Positions 14,432 through 23,903 of a DNA stretch of 64,000 bases are shown here, piece after piece. Source of the DNA: Patescibacteria group bacterium (lineage in GTDB: Bacteria > Patescibacteriota > Minisyncoccia > Phycocordibacterales > EsbW-18). The position numbers and the translations under genes are program-made. The DNA lies in the NCBI GenBank assembly GCA_038064475.1, contig JBBTTA010000001.1, positions 187,795 through 251,794 on the forward strand, given 5' to 3'. How positions within the stretch are numbered: the first letter of the stretch is position 1; every line of letters begins with the position of its first letter. The notes beneath the pieces were generated by a model. That model was given only the letters and a program-made list of their open reading frames with translations, did not search any database and had not been told where the DNA came from.

Positions 14432-15430
14432 ATGTCTACCTACGATTTCATAGCCATTGGCGACACGGTTACCGATGAATTCATTAAACTCAAAGATGCG
14501 CGTGTTCATTGCAATGTAAACGACACCGACTGCGAACTCTGTGTTCGTTTTGGTGATAAAGTGCCCTTTGAATCCGTTGAAACTGTCTATGCTGTCGGTA
14601 ATGCAGCAAATGCGGCAGTATCTGCAACACGACTCGGCCTTACAACCGCATTTGTATCTGACGTTGGTGGTGATGAACTCGGAGAGAGAATGCTTGAATG
14701 GCTCACGCTTCACAATGTGCACACATCGTTCATCCGTGTGCACGAAGATATGATGAGTAATCATCACTACGTATTGCAGTACGAAGCTGAACGAACTATT
14801 CTCGTAAAACACCAGCCATATCCCTACGCGCTTCCTGACATCGGTGAACCGAAATGGGTATATCTTTCATCCCTCGGTGAAAACTCTCTCCCCTACCACG
14901 AAGAAGTCGCAGACTATCTTGCTGATCACAAAAACATTAAACTCGCTTTCCAGCCTGGCACGTTCCAAATAAAACTTGGTGCAGAGAAATTGAAGAAACT
15001 CTACAAACACACAGAAGTATTTTTCTGTAACAAAGAAGAAGCTCAGCATATTTTGGGTAATGAAGAAAAAGATATCAAGAAACTTTTGAAAGGTGTGCAT
15101 GACCTCGGACCAAAGACAGTTGTAATTACCGATGGACCAAAAGGCGCGCACGCATTTGAAGCTACTACAGGCGACTTCTGGTCTGTACCAATGTTCCCTG
15201 ACACAAAACCCCCCGTTGACCGAACTGGTGCCGGTGATGCCTTCGCCTCAACAATTGCCGCGGCACTCGCGTTGGGTGAGCCACTTGAAAAAGCGCTTTT
15301 GTGGGGCCCAATAAATTCTGAGGCCGTCGTACAAGAAATTGGGGCTCAAAAAGGTCTTTTGACTCGTGAGAAACTCGAAGCCGCACTTACAGACGCCCCT
15401 GACGACTACAAAGTTGAGAAAGTTTCATAG
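14432..15430 (+). CDS. PfkB-family carbohydrate kinase, ribokinase-like. The start is at Met37 (MSTYDFIAIGD...).
   Basis: FIAIGDTVTDEF is a GG-like N-terminal motif and PVDRTGAGDAFASTIAAALALG is the PfkB signature 2. The substrate is unknown. Confidence 0.7.
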   Translation: MSTYDFIAIGDTVTDEFIKLKDARVHCNVNDTDCELCVRFGDKVPFESVETVYAVGNAANAAVSATRLGLTTAFVSDVGGDELGERMLEWLTLHNVHTSFIRVHEDMMSNHHYVLQYEAERTILVKHQPYPYALPDIGEPKWVYLSSLGENSLPYHEEVADYLADHKNIKLAFQPGTFQIKLGAEKLKKLYKHTEVFFCNKEEAQHILGNEEKDIKKLLKGVHDLGPKTVVITDGPKGAHAFEATTGDFWSVPMFPDTKPPVDRTGAGDAFASTIAAALALGEPLEKALLWGPINSEAVVQEIGAQKGLLTREKLEAALTDAPDDYKVEKVS

Positions 15431-15515
15431 ATAGGCGTTCACCCAGCACGTAACTTTCAGGAAAGTTACGTGCTGGGTATACTTAAAGTAGATTCGAAAC
15501 CAGAGAGGAGGCACC

Positions 15516-16688
15516 ATGCGCCGAGTTGTTTTGTGTGTGTGCCTTTCCTTGGCACTGTTCCTTCACACAGCTGTTTCAGCCGAACAAGCACTTTTCACAC
15601 GTAGTGAACCCTGCCCCGTTGATGTGTTGTTTCCGCTTGCACGAGAAATGGCGCTACGCACACCGGTATCACACAGTGAGAAAGTTGTTTCATTTTTTGA
15701 AACTCAGATTCACAGCGACAGCACAAGCCCACGACGCGGTTCTGATTTCTCAACACGAACTATTCCACTCGTTCTCATGAATCTTTCAACATGCGAACTC
15801 GTGGAAACTTCAGTTACCCGTCACATCAACCAAAGTGCTGTTGCAACGATGCTCTCTAGTAATGACGGGCGCTTCATTGTTTTTGTGGAGCCACGCCCTT
15901 ACGGAGCTCTGTGGAACTGGTGGAACACGCCCCTTCAAGTACTCGCACCAGAACAGTGGGTTGTCGCAGCGATTCACTGGACCTTACGCCCATCTGGAGA
16001 GTCTGTCGCGTACACGCCGGGGTCTGCCGACCTTATGAATTCATTTCCATCCCTTGTCGAAATCGGCAGATACCATGTTCGCGGAGATATCCAGAAGGCG
16101 TATGAGATTCTTGAGAAAACAAATTCTCGAGCGCTCCCTCATCAGACTATCCCCGACGTTATTGAAACGTACTTCCCGCGACTTCTTGAATCCATCATCT
16201 CAATCGAGCATGCCGACGATCACGAAGTTGCGGAGTATCGGTCTGGTGCATATGCGGTAAATCCCATTGACCGCCCCTTCGCTGTTATTGGTGCAAACCC
16301 TGAGCGAGCATATTCGATTACGCGCAGCCCTGTCGGCGCACGTGGTCTCATGCAGGTAATGCCAAAAACGTGCAGGGAAACGCGCCCACTCTACGGATAC
16401 CCAGTTCCAGCAGGGTGCTCTACGGATTCGCACAGCCACCCAACGGAACTCGCGTCGGCAATGATTATCATCGACGATCATCTCTCAGCCCTCATGCAGA
16501 GATTGAGGAAAGGGACGGAGTCTCGAGATGCATTCTGCCGACGCCCAGAGATTAAGCTAATGCTCCGGGCGTCCTACAACACAGGTCCGAGACGTGTTGG
16601 CACAGCGATAAAGAAAGAGAAAGACTGGGCCTCACGCCTTCTACGAGAAACACGAGGCTATCTCGTTAAAGCCTTCGGCCTCGACTGA
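15516..16688 (+). CDS. Secreted lytic transglycosylase (SLT domain).
   Basis: It has a signal peptide (MRRVVLCVCLSLALFLHTAVSA) and the SLT catalytic motif ...ARGLMQVMPKT... plus YNTGP. GC content is somewhat higher than that of its neighbours. Confidence 0.65.
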   Translation: MRRVVLCVCLSLALFLHTAVSAEQALFTRSEPCPVDVLFPLAREMALRTPVSHSEKVVSFFETQIHSDSTSPRRGSDFSTRTIPLVLMNLSTCELVETSVTRHINQSAVATMLSSNDGRFIVFVEPRPYGALWNWWNTPLQVLAPEQWVVAAIHWTLRPSGESVAYTPGSADLMNSFPSLVEIGRYHVRGDIQKAYEILEKTNSRALPHQTIPDVIETYFPRLLESIISIEHADDHEVAEYRSGAYAVNPIDRPFAVIGANPERAYSITRSPVGARGLMQVMPKTCRETRPLYGYPVPAGCSTDSHSHPTELASAMIIIDDHLSALMQRLRKGTESRDAFCRRPEIKLMLRASYNTGPRRVGTAIKKEKDWASRLLRETRGYLVKAFGLD

Positions 16689-16726
16689 AACAGAACGCCG
16701 CCCTTCAACGTTGAGGGGCGGCTTTT

Positions 16727-17206
16727 TCAAATCTCGTCGACTTCGTTAATCTCCTGTTCAAGAATTGTACTTGTGAATTCAGAGCCCGAAGGTTTATCAA
16801 ATTTGAATCTCGCTTTAAACTTTTTTCTCTCTAGGAAATATGGAAACCAGTGAATATCGTCGGGCCACATTTGTGCAAAAGGTATATCGTCCACATGAAA
16901 CCACTCTGGCTTCATCTCCTCAGTCTCCATCGGCTCTCCTGAAATATCTTCGGCGCGAAAAAGATGTACTTCAAGTTCTTTTGCATCATCTTCAAATTCA
17001 AACTTTAAAATCCCCACCTTATCTAAATCATTTAGCGTGAGCCCTACTTCTTCAGAAACTTCCCGCCGTGCTGCTTCTTCGACTGTCTCCCCTTCCTCAA
17101 CCTTTCCGCCAAAACCGTTCCATCGGCCTTCACCGAATCCTCGTTTCTTAAGTCCAAGAAGCACTTTGGGATGCTGATGTACCAAAACAAGAGTTAACTG
17201 TTTCAT
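16727..17206 (-). CDS. NUDIX hydrolase. The start is at Met40 of the ORF.
   Basis: The Nudix box is GGKVEEGETVEEAARREVSEEVGL. Met40 (MKQLTLV) abuts the tkt C-terminal subunit stop. Confidence 0.75.
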   Translation of the reverse strand: MKQLTLVLVHQHPKVLLGLKKRGFGEGRWNGFGGKVEEGETVEEAARREVSEEVGLTLNDLDKVGILKFEFEDDAKELEVHLFRAEDISGEPMETEEMKPEWFHVDDIPFAQMWPDDIHWFPYFLERKKFKARFKFDKPSGSEFTSTILEQEINEVDEI

Positions 17207-17207
17207 A

Positions 17208-18197
17208 TCACTTTCGTGAAATCGCTTTCTTTGCGGCAACGATGATTGAATCAACATCCATGCCGTAGTGTTTGATAAGCTCATCCGGCTCTCCCGATTG
17301 TCCGAACTGATCGTGTACTCCAATAAATTCTATTGGCACAGGATTATTTTGTGAAAGTATTTCGGAAACTGTTGAGCCCATACCCCCTGCAATCTGATGT
17401 TCTTCAATCGTCACCACAGCACCACATTCTTTTGCAACAGCAACAACACTCGCAATATCCATTGGCTTCACGGTGTGATTATTTAAAACAGTCGCATCAA
17501 TTCCCTCTTCGGCTAATTGTTTTGCGGCGGTCAAAGCATTGTGGAGAAGTGCCCCGCATGCAATCAAAGCAACTTGCGGTTTCTCCCCTTTCCAAAATAT
17601 TTCCGCGCGTCCTATTTCAAATGGTGTGTCTGCTGTTGTTATAACTGATGTCGACGAGCGACCAAGACGAAGATACGAAGGGCTGTCTGTTTTTGCGATG
17701 GCAAGCGTTGCCTTTCGCGCCTCTTCGCTGTCACACGGAACAATGACGACCATGTGTGGCAACATACGCATCAGACCAATGTCTTCAAGCGCTTGGTGCG
17801 TTGCGCCATCAGGACCAACGGACACCCCGGCGTGTGAACCAATAATTTTTACCGGCACATTATTGATTGCAATCGTCGTACGAATTTGTTCATTGTTTCT
17901 CCCTGGAGAAAATGTCGCATACGATGTGATGAAAGGAATTTTTCCATAGTTTGCAAGTCCTGCACCGATTGTCGCCAAATTTTGTTCAGCAACACCAATC
18001 TCAATGAATCGTTCAGGAAATTCTTTTTTGAACCATTCCACACGTGTTGACTCTGCTAAATCGGCGCACAAAGCAACAATGCGTGGGTCCGCCTTCCCTG
18101 CTTCAACGAGCCCTTTGCCGAAACCATCACGCGTCGGAATTTTCTTCGCGTCTTTGTTCCAGATATCCGGAGAAAGTTTTTTATCTTGGTTTAACAT
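17208..18197 (-). CDS. tkt: Transketolase C-terminal subunit (pyrimidine-binding and C-terminal domains).
   Basis: FIEIGVAEQNLATIGAGLANYGKIPFITSYATF, GPDGATHQALEDIGLMRMLP and FDQFGQSGEPDELIKHYG are transketolase motifs. Confidence 0.85.
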   Translation of the reverse strand: MLNQDKKLSPDIWNKDAKKIPTRDGFGKGLVEAGKADPRIVALCADLAESTRVEWFKKEFPERFIEIGVAEQNLATIGAGLANYGKIPFITSYATFSPGRNNEQIRTTIAINNVPVKIIGSHAGVSVGPDGATHQALEDIGLMRMLPHMVVIVPCDSEEARKATLAIAKTDSPSYLRLGRSSTSVITTADTPFEIGRAEIFWKGEKPQVALIACGALLHNALTAAKQLAEEGIDATVLNNHTVKPMDIASVVAVAKECGAVVTIEEHQIAGGMGSTVSEILSQNNPVPIEFIGVHDQFGQSGEPDELIKHYGMDVDSIIVAAKKAISRK

Positions 18198-18238
18198 TAT
18201 ATTTTTCTTTCTTGATTCTTGATTCCAGCTTCTTGATT

Positions 18239-19102
18239 CTAATCAGAGTGTCCTGCTTCTATTTTTCCTCCAAGCGTGCGGAGTTCTTTCAAAAACTTTT
18301 GCTCTTCTTCTTTTGTTGGTGGCTTACCGTGCCACGTGTAATCAAATTCAATTTCCTTAATGCCTTTGCCGGGAATCGTGTGTGCAATGATAACTGTTGG
18401 TCGCTCGTAAATTGCTTTTGCTTCCTCAACAGCATCAACGAATGCTTTGATATTATTGCCGTCAACTTCAATCACATGCCAATTAAATGCACGGTACTTA
18501 TCCGCCAAAGGCTCTAAAGGCATCACGTTTTCCGTCATGCCGTCAATTTGAATATTATTTCTGTCGATAACTGCGGTGAGATTTGAAAGTCGGTTGTTGC
18601 CCGCAAACATCGCACCTTCCCACGTATTCCCTGCTTCCTGCTCGCCATCAGACATCAAACAGTACACACGGAATTTTTTTCCGTCCATGCGCGCGCCGTA
18701 TGCCATTCCTGTTGCCTGTGACAAACCCGAACCAAGCGGACCTGATGTTGTTTCAACTCCAGGTAACTTTTCGCGTTCTGGATGTCCTTGGAGTCGCGTT
18801 CCAAATTTGCGAAGTGTTTTTAATTCTTCAAGAGGAAAATAGCCAGCGTGCGCCATCGTTGCATAGCGAATCGGCGTGATGTGTCCGTTTGAAAGAATGA
18901 GTCGGTCACGATCTTCCCACGCAGGGTTTTTTGGATCGTGATTCAGAATATGAAAATAAAGTGCGGTGAAAATGTCCGCCATGCCGAGTGGCCCTGCTGT
19001 ATGACCACTTCCCGCGTCTTCAAGCATGTCGATAAGCGAGATGCGAATGTCGTTAGCCTGTGCCTCAAGACGGAATAGTTTTTCTTCTGGTAAGTGTGTC
19101 AT
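18239..19102 (-). CDS. tkt: Transketolase N-terminal (TPP-binding) subunit.
   Basis: GSGHTAGPLGMADIFTALYFHIL, DRDRLILSNGH, GHPE and GPLGSGLSQATGMAYGA are the motifs. This is the split-tkt arrangement. Confidence 0.85.
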   Translation of the reverse strand: MTHLPEEKLFRLEAQANDIRISLIDMLEDAGSGHTAGPLGMADIFTALYFHILNHDPKNPAWEDRDRLILSNGHITPIRYATMAHAGYFPLEELKTLRKFGTRLQGHPEREKLPGVETTSGPLGSGLSQATGMAYGARMDGKKFRVYCLMSDGEQEAGNTWEGAMFAGNNRLSNLTAVIDRNNIQIDGMTENVMPLEPLADKYRAFNWHVIEVDGNNIKAFVDAVEEAKAIYERPTVIIAHTIPGKGIKEIEFDYTWHGKPPTKEEEQKFLKELRTLGGKIEAGHSD

Positions 19103-19108
19103 GGAAAT

Positions 19109-19207
19109 TTAATAGAACCACGTCACGCCCCGTACTAAGCTTCGCTTTAGTGCGGGGTCATTCGCCTGCTTTTCGAGCTGAAAAAGTTTTTCTTCAGGAA
19201 GATGCAT
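19109..19207 (-). pseudogene. In-frame degenerate duplicate of the transketolase N-terminal subunit start (32 codons then TAA). A promoter-like TTGACA...TATACT lies directly upstream.
   Basis: MHLPEEKLFQLEKQANDP... compares with the tkt start MTHLPEEKLFRLEAQANDI. The copy is in the same frame, 2 codons upstream of the real ATG. Many of the nucleotide differences are synonymous. Confidence 0.4.
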
Positions 19208-19291
19208 ACTGAAAACAGTATAACAGGTTGCACATTGTCAAACACTGAGTGTTAACCTATTCTCTAATTCGCACGAATTAGAGAATAAGGA

Positions 19292-19960
19292 CTAGCCCAA
19301 ACTTTCGAGTGCTGTGATGGTTTCTTTTGGATCAGCGCTTCCGAATATCGCAGAACCTGAAACAAGCTTCGTTGCACCCGCTTCAACAAGAAGGGGTGCC
19401 GTCTCTTCATTCACGCCAATATCAACAGCAATCGGCATATTAGGATACATCTCACGAAGCATACGTACTTTGTCATACACACGTTCGTCGAGCGCTACAC
19501 CATTTCGTCCTATCTCGTCGTTCCCCATGCACTGTATGAAATCAATATGTTCGATAAGAGGTTCAAGATTTTCGATATCAGTTGAAGGTGAGATACCTAC
19601 GCCAACTGATATGTTTCGCTCGTGTAACACATCCGCAACTGATTCAAATGACTCTGTTGATTCAATGTGAATAATTGCCGCCGTTACTCCTGCCTGCGCC
19701 CAATCATCGATGTACTGTTCAGGATTTTTCACCAACATGTCTACTTCATATTCAATGTCTTCCCAAAACGGCAATCCTTCGTCTTCGTGAAGTATCGATT
19801 CCCAATGATCGTTGTGTGAAAATGGCCACGTTTCTGTTGGAGCGTAAGAACCGTCAGCAATATCAATCTGCACAACACGCACAAGTCCGCGCACGCGAGA
19901 AACGCGTGCGCTTAAATCCTCATATGATTCCGGTAATATCGCAGGGACTACTTCAGTCAT
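19292..19960 (-). CDS. rpe: Ribulose-phosphate 3-epimerase family (RPE-like TIM barrel).
   Basis: VVQIDIADGSYAPTETW resembles the D-ribulose-phosphate binding barrel, and ...CMGNDEIGRNG...SGSAIFGS is consistent. The gene sits among tkt and rpiB. Confidence 0.6.
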   Translation of the reverse strand: MTEVVPAILPESYEDLSARVSRVRGLVRVVQIDIADGSYAPTETWPFSHNDHWESILHEDEGLPFWEDIEYEVDMLVKNPEQYIDDWAQAGVTAAIIHIESTESFESVADVLHERNISVGVGISPSTDIENLEPLIEHIDFIQCMGNDEIGRNGVALDERVYDKVRMLREMYPNMPIAVDIGVNEETAPLLVEAGATKLVSGSAIFGSADPKETITALESLG

Positions 19961-20408
19961 GTAAATGTTCGGTTTCTATTTTTTGTATACGACGAACGTG
20001 ACGCGCGTCTCCAGAAAATGGTGTTGCAAGCCACAACGCGACGATATCTTTCGCTTCATCGATTGAAAGAAAACGCGCACCGAGTGCCAATACGTTTGCA
20101 TCATTGTGTTCGCGTGACAACACCACAAGATCTCGTGCGCCTCCATAAAAAACTGCGGCGCGTACACGAGAAAATCGATTCGCTACCATCGCTTCACCTT
20201 GCCCCGAGCCACCTAAAAGTATTGCCCTATCCGTGCTTCCTTCAGACACCATACGCGCTGCCTTTCCAATAAAGTCAGGATAGTCATCGGCTTCGTCGGG
20301 AACCGTTGCTCCACAGTCAACAGCCTCATGTCCTTCATCACGAAGAAACGCCTTGAGCGCTTCTTTCATTTCAAATCCCGCATGATCTGCAGCCAGAGCT
20401 AGTTTCAT
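19953..20408 (-). CDS. rpiB: Ribose-5-phosphate isomerase B (RpiB/LacAB family).
   Basis: MKLALAADHAGFEMKEALKAFLRDEGHEAVDCG...AILLGGSGQGEAMVANRFSRVRAA... matches RpiB. Confidence 0.8.
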   Translation of the reverse strand: MKLALAADHAGFEMKEALKAFLRDEGHEAVDCGATVPDEADDYPDFIGKAARMVSEGSTDRAILLGGSGQGEAMVANRFSRVRAAVFYGGARDLVVLSREHNDANVLALGARFLSIDEAKDIVALWLATPFSGDARHVRRIQKIETEHLHD

Positions 20409-20409
20409 A

Positions 20410-20712
20410 TTATTTTTCTCCTTTTAGTATATACCGTGCATCAAAAGCCCCTTTTTCTTCCCTTTTATTTTTCCGAATTTCTTCGACATCCACAAACTCT
20501 GGAAGTTTCTTAAGCGCCTCAATAACCTCAATAAGATCCCCTAATTCTTCGGAAGAAAGATTCTCTTTGAACTCTGCAAGCTCCTCTTCAAGTTTTCTGA
20601 CAAGCTCTTGTTTGTACTCTTCTTCAGTCGCCTCACGCTGTTCATACGAAACACCTTTCGCAGTAAGAATTTCTGGAACCCTATCTCGCACTAATTTTTC
20701 GTATGAAATCAT
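20410..20712 (-). CDS. MazG-like all-alpha nucleotide pyrophosphohydrolase family protein (small).
   Basis: MISYEKLVRDRVPEIL... then ...LEEELAEFKENL...ELGDLIEVIEAL is the usual layout of the all-alpha NTP-PPase family. Confidence 0.45.
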   Translation of the reverse strand: MISYEKLVRDRVPEILTAKGVSYEQREATEEEYKQELVRKLEEELAEFKENLSSEELGDLIEVIEALKKLPEFVDVEEIRKNKREEKGAFDARYILKGEK

Positions 20713-20782
20713 GATTAGAGTGTCTTGCCGAATTTTTCAACGTGACGAACTAAAGTATATATCGTTTTGTAACTGCACCAGA

Positions 20783-20956
20783 TTATTTTAATTTTGAAAC
20801 ATTATAGAGTAGTACCAGACCAAGCAATATCTCAAAGATTCTTAGAACTATTCCATGCTGAAGAAAGTCTCCGAACGGTTGCATTGCTCCTGTGACCCCC
20901 GCGATAATAAATACCAATGCACCAATCACAGATAAAACCTTAATAACAAAATTCAT
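20783..20956 (-). CDS. Small hydrophobic membrane protein of 57 aa. It is below the ORF-track size cutoff.
   Basis: Hand translation gives MNFVIKVLSVIGALVFIIAGVTGAMQPFGDFLQHGIVLRIFEILLGLVLLYNVSKLK. It fills the gap between the MazG-like gene and gap. Confidence 0.3.
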   Translation of the reverse strand: MNFVIKVLSVIGALVFIIAGVTGAMQPFGDFLQHGIVLRIFEILLGLVLLYNVSKLK

Positions 20957-20968
20957 AATATTGACAGA

Positions 20969-21991
20969 TTAGTTATTAATCATCTTCCCTGTTTTTATAA
21001 CATGATCAACAAGCGTGTGCGTGTACCCCATTTCGTTGTCATACCATGAGCAAATTGAACAGAGGTCTCCATCAACAACACGTGTCATGGAGAGATCAAT
21101 AATCGCAGGTGTTTCTTCGCCGATGATGTCAGATGAGACAATCTGATCTCGTGTTGTTTTCAATAAACCTTTCCATCGTTTATCTTTTTCTGCTTTCTCA
21201 AACAAACCATTAATTTCTTCAACCGTCGTTCCACGCTCACTGACAAATGAAATTTGTGAAATAGAACCAACAATTACAGGTACGCGCATTGAGATACCAT
21301 CAAACTTTCCCTTGAGTGCTCCTATTGCGCGTGCGACAGCAATTGCTGCTCCCGTTGATGAGGGAACAATGTTTTGTGCTGCTGCGCGTCCACGACGATA
21401 GTCATCACCTTTTGTCGGGCTATCAACAATGCTTTGTGTTGCGGTGTAGCCATGCACTGTTGTGAGAAATGCTTTTTTGATACCAAGGTTCTCCGTAAGG
21501 ATTTGCATCACTGGAGATGCTGAGTTTGTTGTACATGAACCGTTTGATGAAAGCGTACATGTTTTGAGCGCTTCTTCATTCACACCCATGAGCACAGTCT
21601 GTGCGTCAGGACCGTCATCATCTTTTGCGGGAGCAGACAACACAACGCGTTTTGCACCGGCAGTAATGTGCACACGTGCTTTTTCGTAACTCTCGAACGC
21701 GCCTGTTGATTCAACAACAACATCAACGTCGAGATCTTTCCATGGCAGTTTTGTCGGATCTCTTTCTTGGAGGAATGCAATTTCTTTCCCCCCAACAATG
21801 AGCATGCCGTCTTTCATCGACACGTCTTTGTCCCATGTGCGATACACAGAATCGTATTTGAGAAGGTACACAAGATGTGCAAGATCGCCGAGATCGTTAA
21901 TCGCAACGATTTTCAATTTAGAATCTTCAAGTGCGGCCTTGAGAAACTGTCGTCCGATGCGTCCAAAACCATTGATTGCTACGCGTGTCAT
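20969..21991 (-). CDS. gap: Glyceraldehyde-3-phosphate dehydrogenase. The start is at Met118 of the ORF.
   Basis: MTRVAINGFGRIGRQFLKAALE..., the active-site SCTTNSASPV and WYDNEMGYT are the GAPDH motifs. Confidence 0.9.
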   Translation of the reverse strand: MTRVAINGFGRIGRQFLKAALEDSKLKIVAINDLGDLAHLVYLLKYDSVYRTWDKDVSMKDGMLIVGGKEIAFLQERDPTKLPWKDLDVDVVVESTGAFESYEKARVHITAGAKRVVLSAPAKDDDGPDAQTVLMGVNEEALKTCTLSSNGSCTTNSASPVMQILTENLGIKKAFLTTVHGYTATQSIVDSPTKGDDYRRGRAAAQNIVPSSTGAAIAVARAIGALKGKFDGISMRVPVIVGSISQISFVSERGTTVEEINGLFEKAEKDKRWKGLLKTTRDQIVSSDIIGEETPAIIDLSMTRVVDGDLCSICSWYDNEMGYTHTLVDHVIKTGKMINN

Positions 21992-22169
21992 ATGAGTAGA
22001 AGCTGGAATTAAGAATCTGGAATCAAGAATAAATACAATAAAAGTATACCCCGCACTGACTTTTTCCCCAAAAAGTAAGTGCGGGGTACAGCATAGGGCG
22101 TTTCTTAACTTTTTGACAAAAACCTTCTCAGTGCCTATATTCCGTATAGATTGTAGAGAGGAGGAAATC

Positions 22170-22466
22170 ATGGCTACTCTGGGTGATGCACGAAATCTAA
22201 AGAAAGCTGTCGAGGAGTTCGTAAGTCCCCAGAACGAAGCGTTCTGGGACGGATACTGGGAGATTCGACGGAGTCTTGTTAGAGCGTTCTGTGAGGAGCG
22301 CAAAATAACACTTGAAGAAGCGTCTCGCCGAATATTTCCCAATCATGCCCATCTGGGTTCAGTTGGGGACGTCGTCTTCTCTCAACTCAATACATATCTC
22401 GTCCAACACGGGTATGGATACGTCTTGAAGAGTGCCTGCTCCTTTCCGAACAAAATCCCCGCGTAA
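22170..22466 (+). CDS. Hypothetical protein of 98 aa.
   Basis: A strong RBS (agaggaggaaatcATG) precedes it. Its stop codon lies in the loop of a perfect intrinsic terminator. No family was recognised. Confidence 0.45.
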   Translation: MATLGDARNLKKAVEEFVSPQNEAFWDGYWEIRRSLVRAFCEERKITLEEASRRIFPNHAHLGSVGDVVFSQLNTYLVQHGYGYVLKSACSFPNKIPA

Positions 22467-22482
22467 TTCGCGGGGATTTTTT
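22453..22482. terminator. Bidirectional rho-independent terminator (AAAATCCCCGCG-TAAT-TCGCGGGGATTTTTT) between convergent genes.
   Basis: The stem is a perfect 8 bp of GC-rich sequence. A-runs and T-runs flank it on both sides. Confidence 0.7.
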
Positions 22483-23881
22483 ATGACAACTTTTTCTTGA
22501 AGAGGTCTTGGAGTATTTTTGGATTTCCGGCACCCTTTGTTGCTTTCATTCCCTGCCCTACAAAGAATTGGAGAAGTTGTTCTTTGCCAGACTTATAGTC
22601 AGCGACCACTTTTGGATTTTCGGCGATGATTGTGTCGGCAATGGCTTCAAGCGCACCAACATCACTTTGTTGTATCAATCCTTCCTTCTCTGCAATTTCT
22701 TTTGCATCCCCTCCCTCTTTTACAAGTGTTGAGAGAATGGTTACAGCCGCACCAGATGAAATCGCATCTTCCATGCGCAGTGCAACAAGCCCAGCAAAGT
22801 TTTCTTGTGTGAGTTTTGTTGTGGCAGGATCAGAAGTCAAGGAAGCGAGGTTTGTTGCGACAAGATTAATACCAAGTTTTATTGCTCTCTCATCTTTTTC
22901 TTGTTCCAAAAATGCATCCGCAAACATACCAAACGGCACATTCGTGAGGAACATGTTTGCATCTTCAAGATTCAAACCAAGTGAAAGATATCGCTCGCGT
23001 TTCTGCCATGGCAATTCAGGAAGACTTGCTTTAAGTGTTTTAACATTGAATTCAGGAATCTCTGAAAGCTTTAGTTTTGGAAGATCTGGTTCAGGGAAAT
23101 AACGATAATCGTGTGATGGCTCTTTCTTTCGCTGTGAAAATGTCTCACCTTTTATGTCATCCCATCCGCGAGTCTCTTGCACAATCTCTCCGCCCTCTTC
23201 AAGCACTGCACTTTGTCGTTCGATTTCAAATGCAATTGCTTTTTCTGCAGCACGGAATGAGTTGATGTTTTTAATTTCTGTTTTTGTACCAAGCGTTTTG
23301 TTTTTTGAAACAGAAATGTTTACTTCCACACGCAAATGTCCTTTTTCCATATCAGCATCAGATACACCAAGCGTGCGGAGCAATAGCTGAAGCTCACGCG
23401 CAAAATCTCCTGCCTCTTTTGCAGAGTGAATGACGGGTTCTGTCACCAATTCCATCAACGGCACACCGGCGCGGTTAAAATCAACGAGTGAATGATCCCC
23501 TTCGTGTTGTGAACGTGCTGTGTCTTCTTCTAAGTGGATACGCGTGAGTTGTACGCCACTAACTGTGCCACCTTTTACCAATGGGTATGCGTACTGACTA
23601 ATTTGGTAGCCCTTTGGAATATCTGGATAGAAATAGTTCTTGCGATCAAATTCTGTGTAGTCAGCAATTTCTCCGCCCACGGCAACACCCACGCGAAGTA
23701 CATGCTTCACCGCTTCTTTGTTCATTGTGGGAAGCGTTCCGGGATGCCCCATACATACAGGACATACGTTCACGTTCGGACGCTTTTCGTCCGGATCGTT
23801 CTTTGAATTACAGAACATCTTTGTCTGCGTCTTCAATTCAGCGTGGATTTCGAGTCCTATCGTGGGCTTATAGTCGGTCAT
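22481..23881 (-). CDS. gatB: Asp-tRNA(Asn)/Glu-tRNA(Gln) amidotransferase subunit B.
   Basis: MTDYKPTIGLEIHAELKTQTKMFC...NVCPVCMGHPGTLP matches the GatB N-terminus. The length is 466 aa. Confidence 0.9.
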   Translation of the reverse strand: MTDYKPTIGLEIHAELKTQTKMFCNSKNDPDEKRPNVNVCPVCMGHPGTLPTMNKEAVKHVLRVGVAVGGEIADYTEFDRKNYFYPDIPKGYQISQYAYPLVKGGTVSGVQLTRIHLEEDTARSQHEGDHSLVDFNRAGVPLMELVTEPVIHSAKEAGDFARELQLLLRTLGVSDADMEKGHLRVEVNISVSKNKTLGTKTEIKNINSFRAAEKAIAFEIERQSAVLEEGGEIVQETRGWDDIKGETFSQRKKEPSHDYRYFPEPDLPKLKLSEIPEFNVKTLKASLPELPWQKRERYLSLGLNLEDANMFLTNVPFGMFADAFLEQEKDERAIKLGINLVATNLASLTSDPATTKLTQENFAGLVALRMEDAISSGAAVTILSTLVKEGGDAKEIAEKEGLIQQSDVGALEAIADTIIAENPKVVADYKSGKEQLLQFFVGQGMKATKGAGNPKILQDLFKKKLS

Positions 23882-23903
23882 AAGTACAGTATATCTGAAG
23901 GAT

